From NCBI GenBank assembly GCA_963809895.1, contig CAWELD010000010.1, positions 320,001 through 384,000 on the forward strand: DNA of 64,000 nucleotides, written 5' to 3'. Made by a program: the position numbers and the translations under genes. Position 1 is the stretch's first letter. The number at the start of each line of letters is the position of its first letter. The notes beneath the pieces are model-generated. The model searched no databases and was not told where the DNA came from. It was given only the letters and a program-made list of their open reading frames with translations. Shown piece after piece: positions 63,311 to 64,000 of the stretch. The stretch comes from an uncultured Gemmatimonadales bacterium (lineage in GTDB: Bacteria > Gemmatimonadota > Gemmatimonadetes > Longimicrobiales > Gaopeijiaceae).

Positions 63311-64000
63311 TCAGCGCGGGCCCCCGCCCCCGTTCGGGGGGGCGGCGGTGGTATCGGCGCGGTTCCGGATCCAGTCCCCGATGTGCCCGTCCCAGTCCCA
63401 GGACTCGGGAGTCCCGGTCGGAAGGGCTGGCGCGGGAAGGTCGTCGGAGTCGAGGATGTACGGGGTCACCAGGACCAGGAGCTCGGTTCGGTTCTGGCGG
63501 ATACTCTCGGACCTGAACAGGTAGCCGAGGATGGGGATGTCCCCGAGGATGGGGAGCTTGTCCACGTCCTTGAGCATGGTGTTGTCCAGGAGCCCGCCGA
63601 TGGCCAGGGTCTGGCCGGATTGGAGCTCCACCGACGAGGTCACTCGGCGGGCGAGCACGCTGGGAATCTGGTAGCCCTGAAGGTGAGGCCGTTGGCGAAG
63701 TCCAGCGAGGAGACCTCCGGCTCCACCGTCGAGCCGGACGTTCCCGATGTTGGTGACGCCGGGCGTGAAGTTCAGCCGTATTCCGTACTCCTTCCAGGTG
63801 ATGGTGACGGTATTGTTCTGCCCCCGCCCTGAATGGAGCGGGAAGGGGAACTCGCCTCCGGCCAGGAACGGTCGCCTCCTGGCCCTCGATGGTCACCAGG
63901 TTGGGCTCAGCCAGACTCTTGAACTCACCCGAGTTCTTCAGCAACCGGATGACCGCATCGAGGCGTGAACCGTCGCCCTCCGCCATCAGCGTGACGATGC
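63311..64000 (-). CDS. cpaC: Tad secretin CpaC/RcpA, C-terminal part (frameshifted)
   Basis: LAEPNLV, GQTLAIGGL, LPILGDIPILGYLF, ELLVLVTP. Confidence 0.85.

Overview
GC-rich bacterial chromosomal window. Gene content and style suggest Gemmatimonadota, which is an inference. Scattered single-base frameshifts, dense after about 54.9 kb, look like uncorrected long-read errors. Order of content: glycosyltransferases; a PadR/permease deletion scar with a 62-bp tandem repeat; an accessory block (M20 hydrolase, ECF sigma/anti-sigma/PDZ, diaminopropionate ammonia-lyase-like enzyme, ECF42-DGPF regulon, MocR regulator); an Mla/Pqi-like transporter with LuxR, OmpA, M48 and a sugar transferase; a PAS hybrid kinase flanked by tRNA-Pro 3'-end fragments; a tRNA-linked repeat array; tRNA-Pro(GGG); an atypical OmpR regulator; a 17-gene tRNA array; ppk1-sixA-histone-H1-like genes; tkt; leuS; and a Tad pilus locus. 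The top candidate for a new system lies inside the tRNA array, after tRNA-fMet. A 40-codon leader ORF with an RBS overlaps a long antiterminator hairpin that is mutually exclusive with a strong intrinsic terminator placed 2 nt before the other 16 tRNAs. The leader contains codons read by 15 of those 16 tRNAs, which suggests a ribosome-mediated attenuator that senses tRNA supply and controls a tRNA operon.
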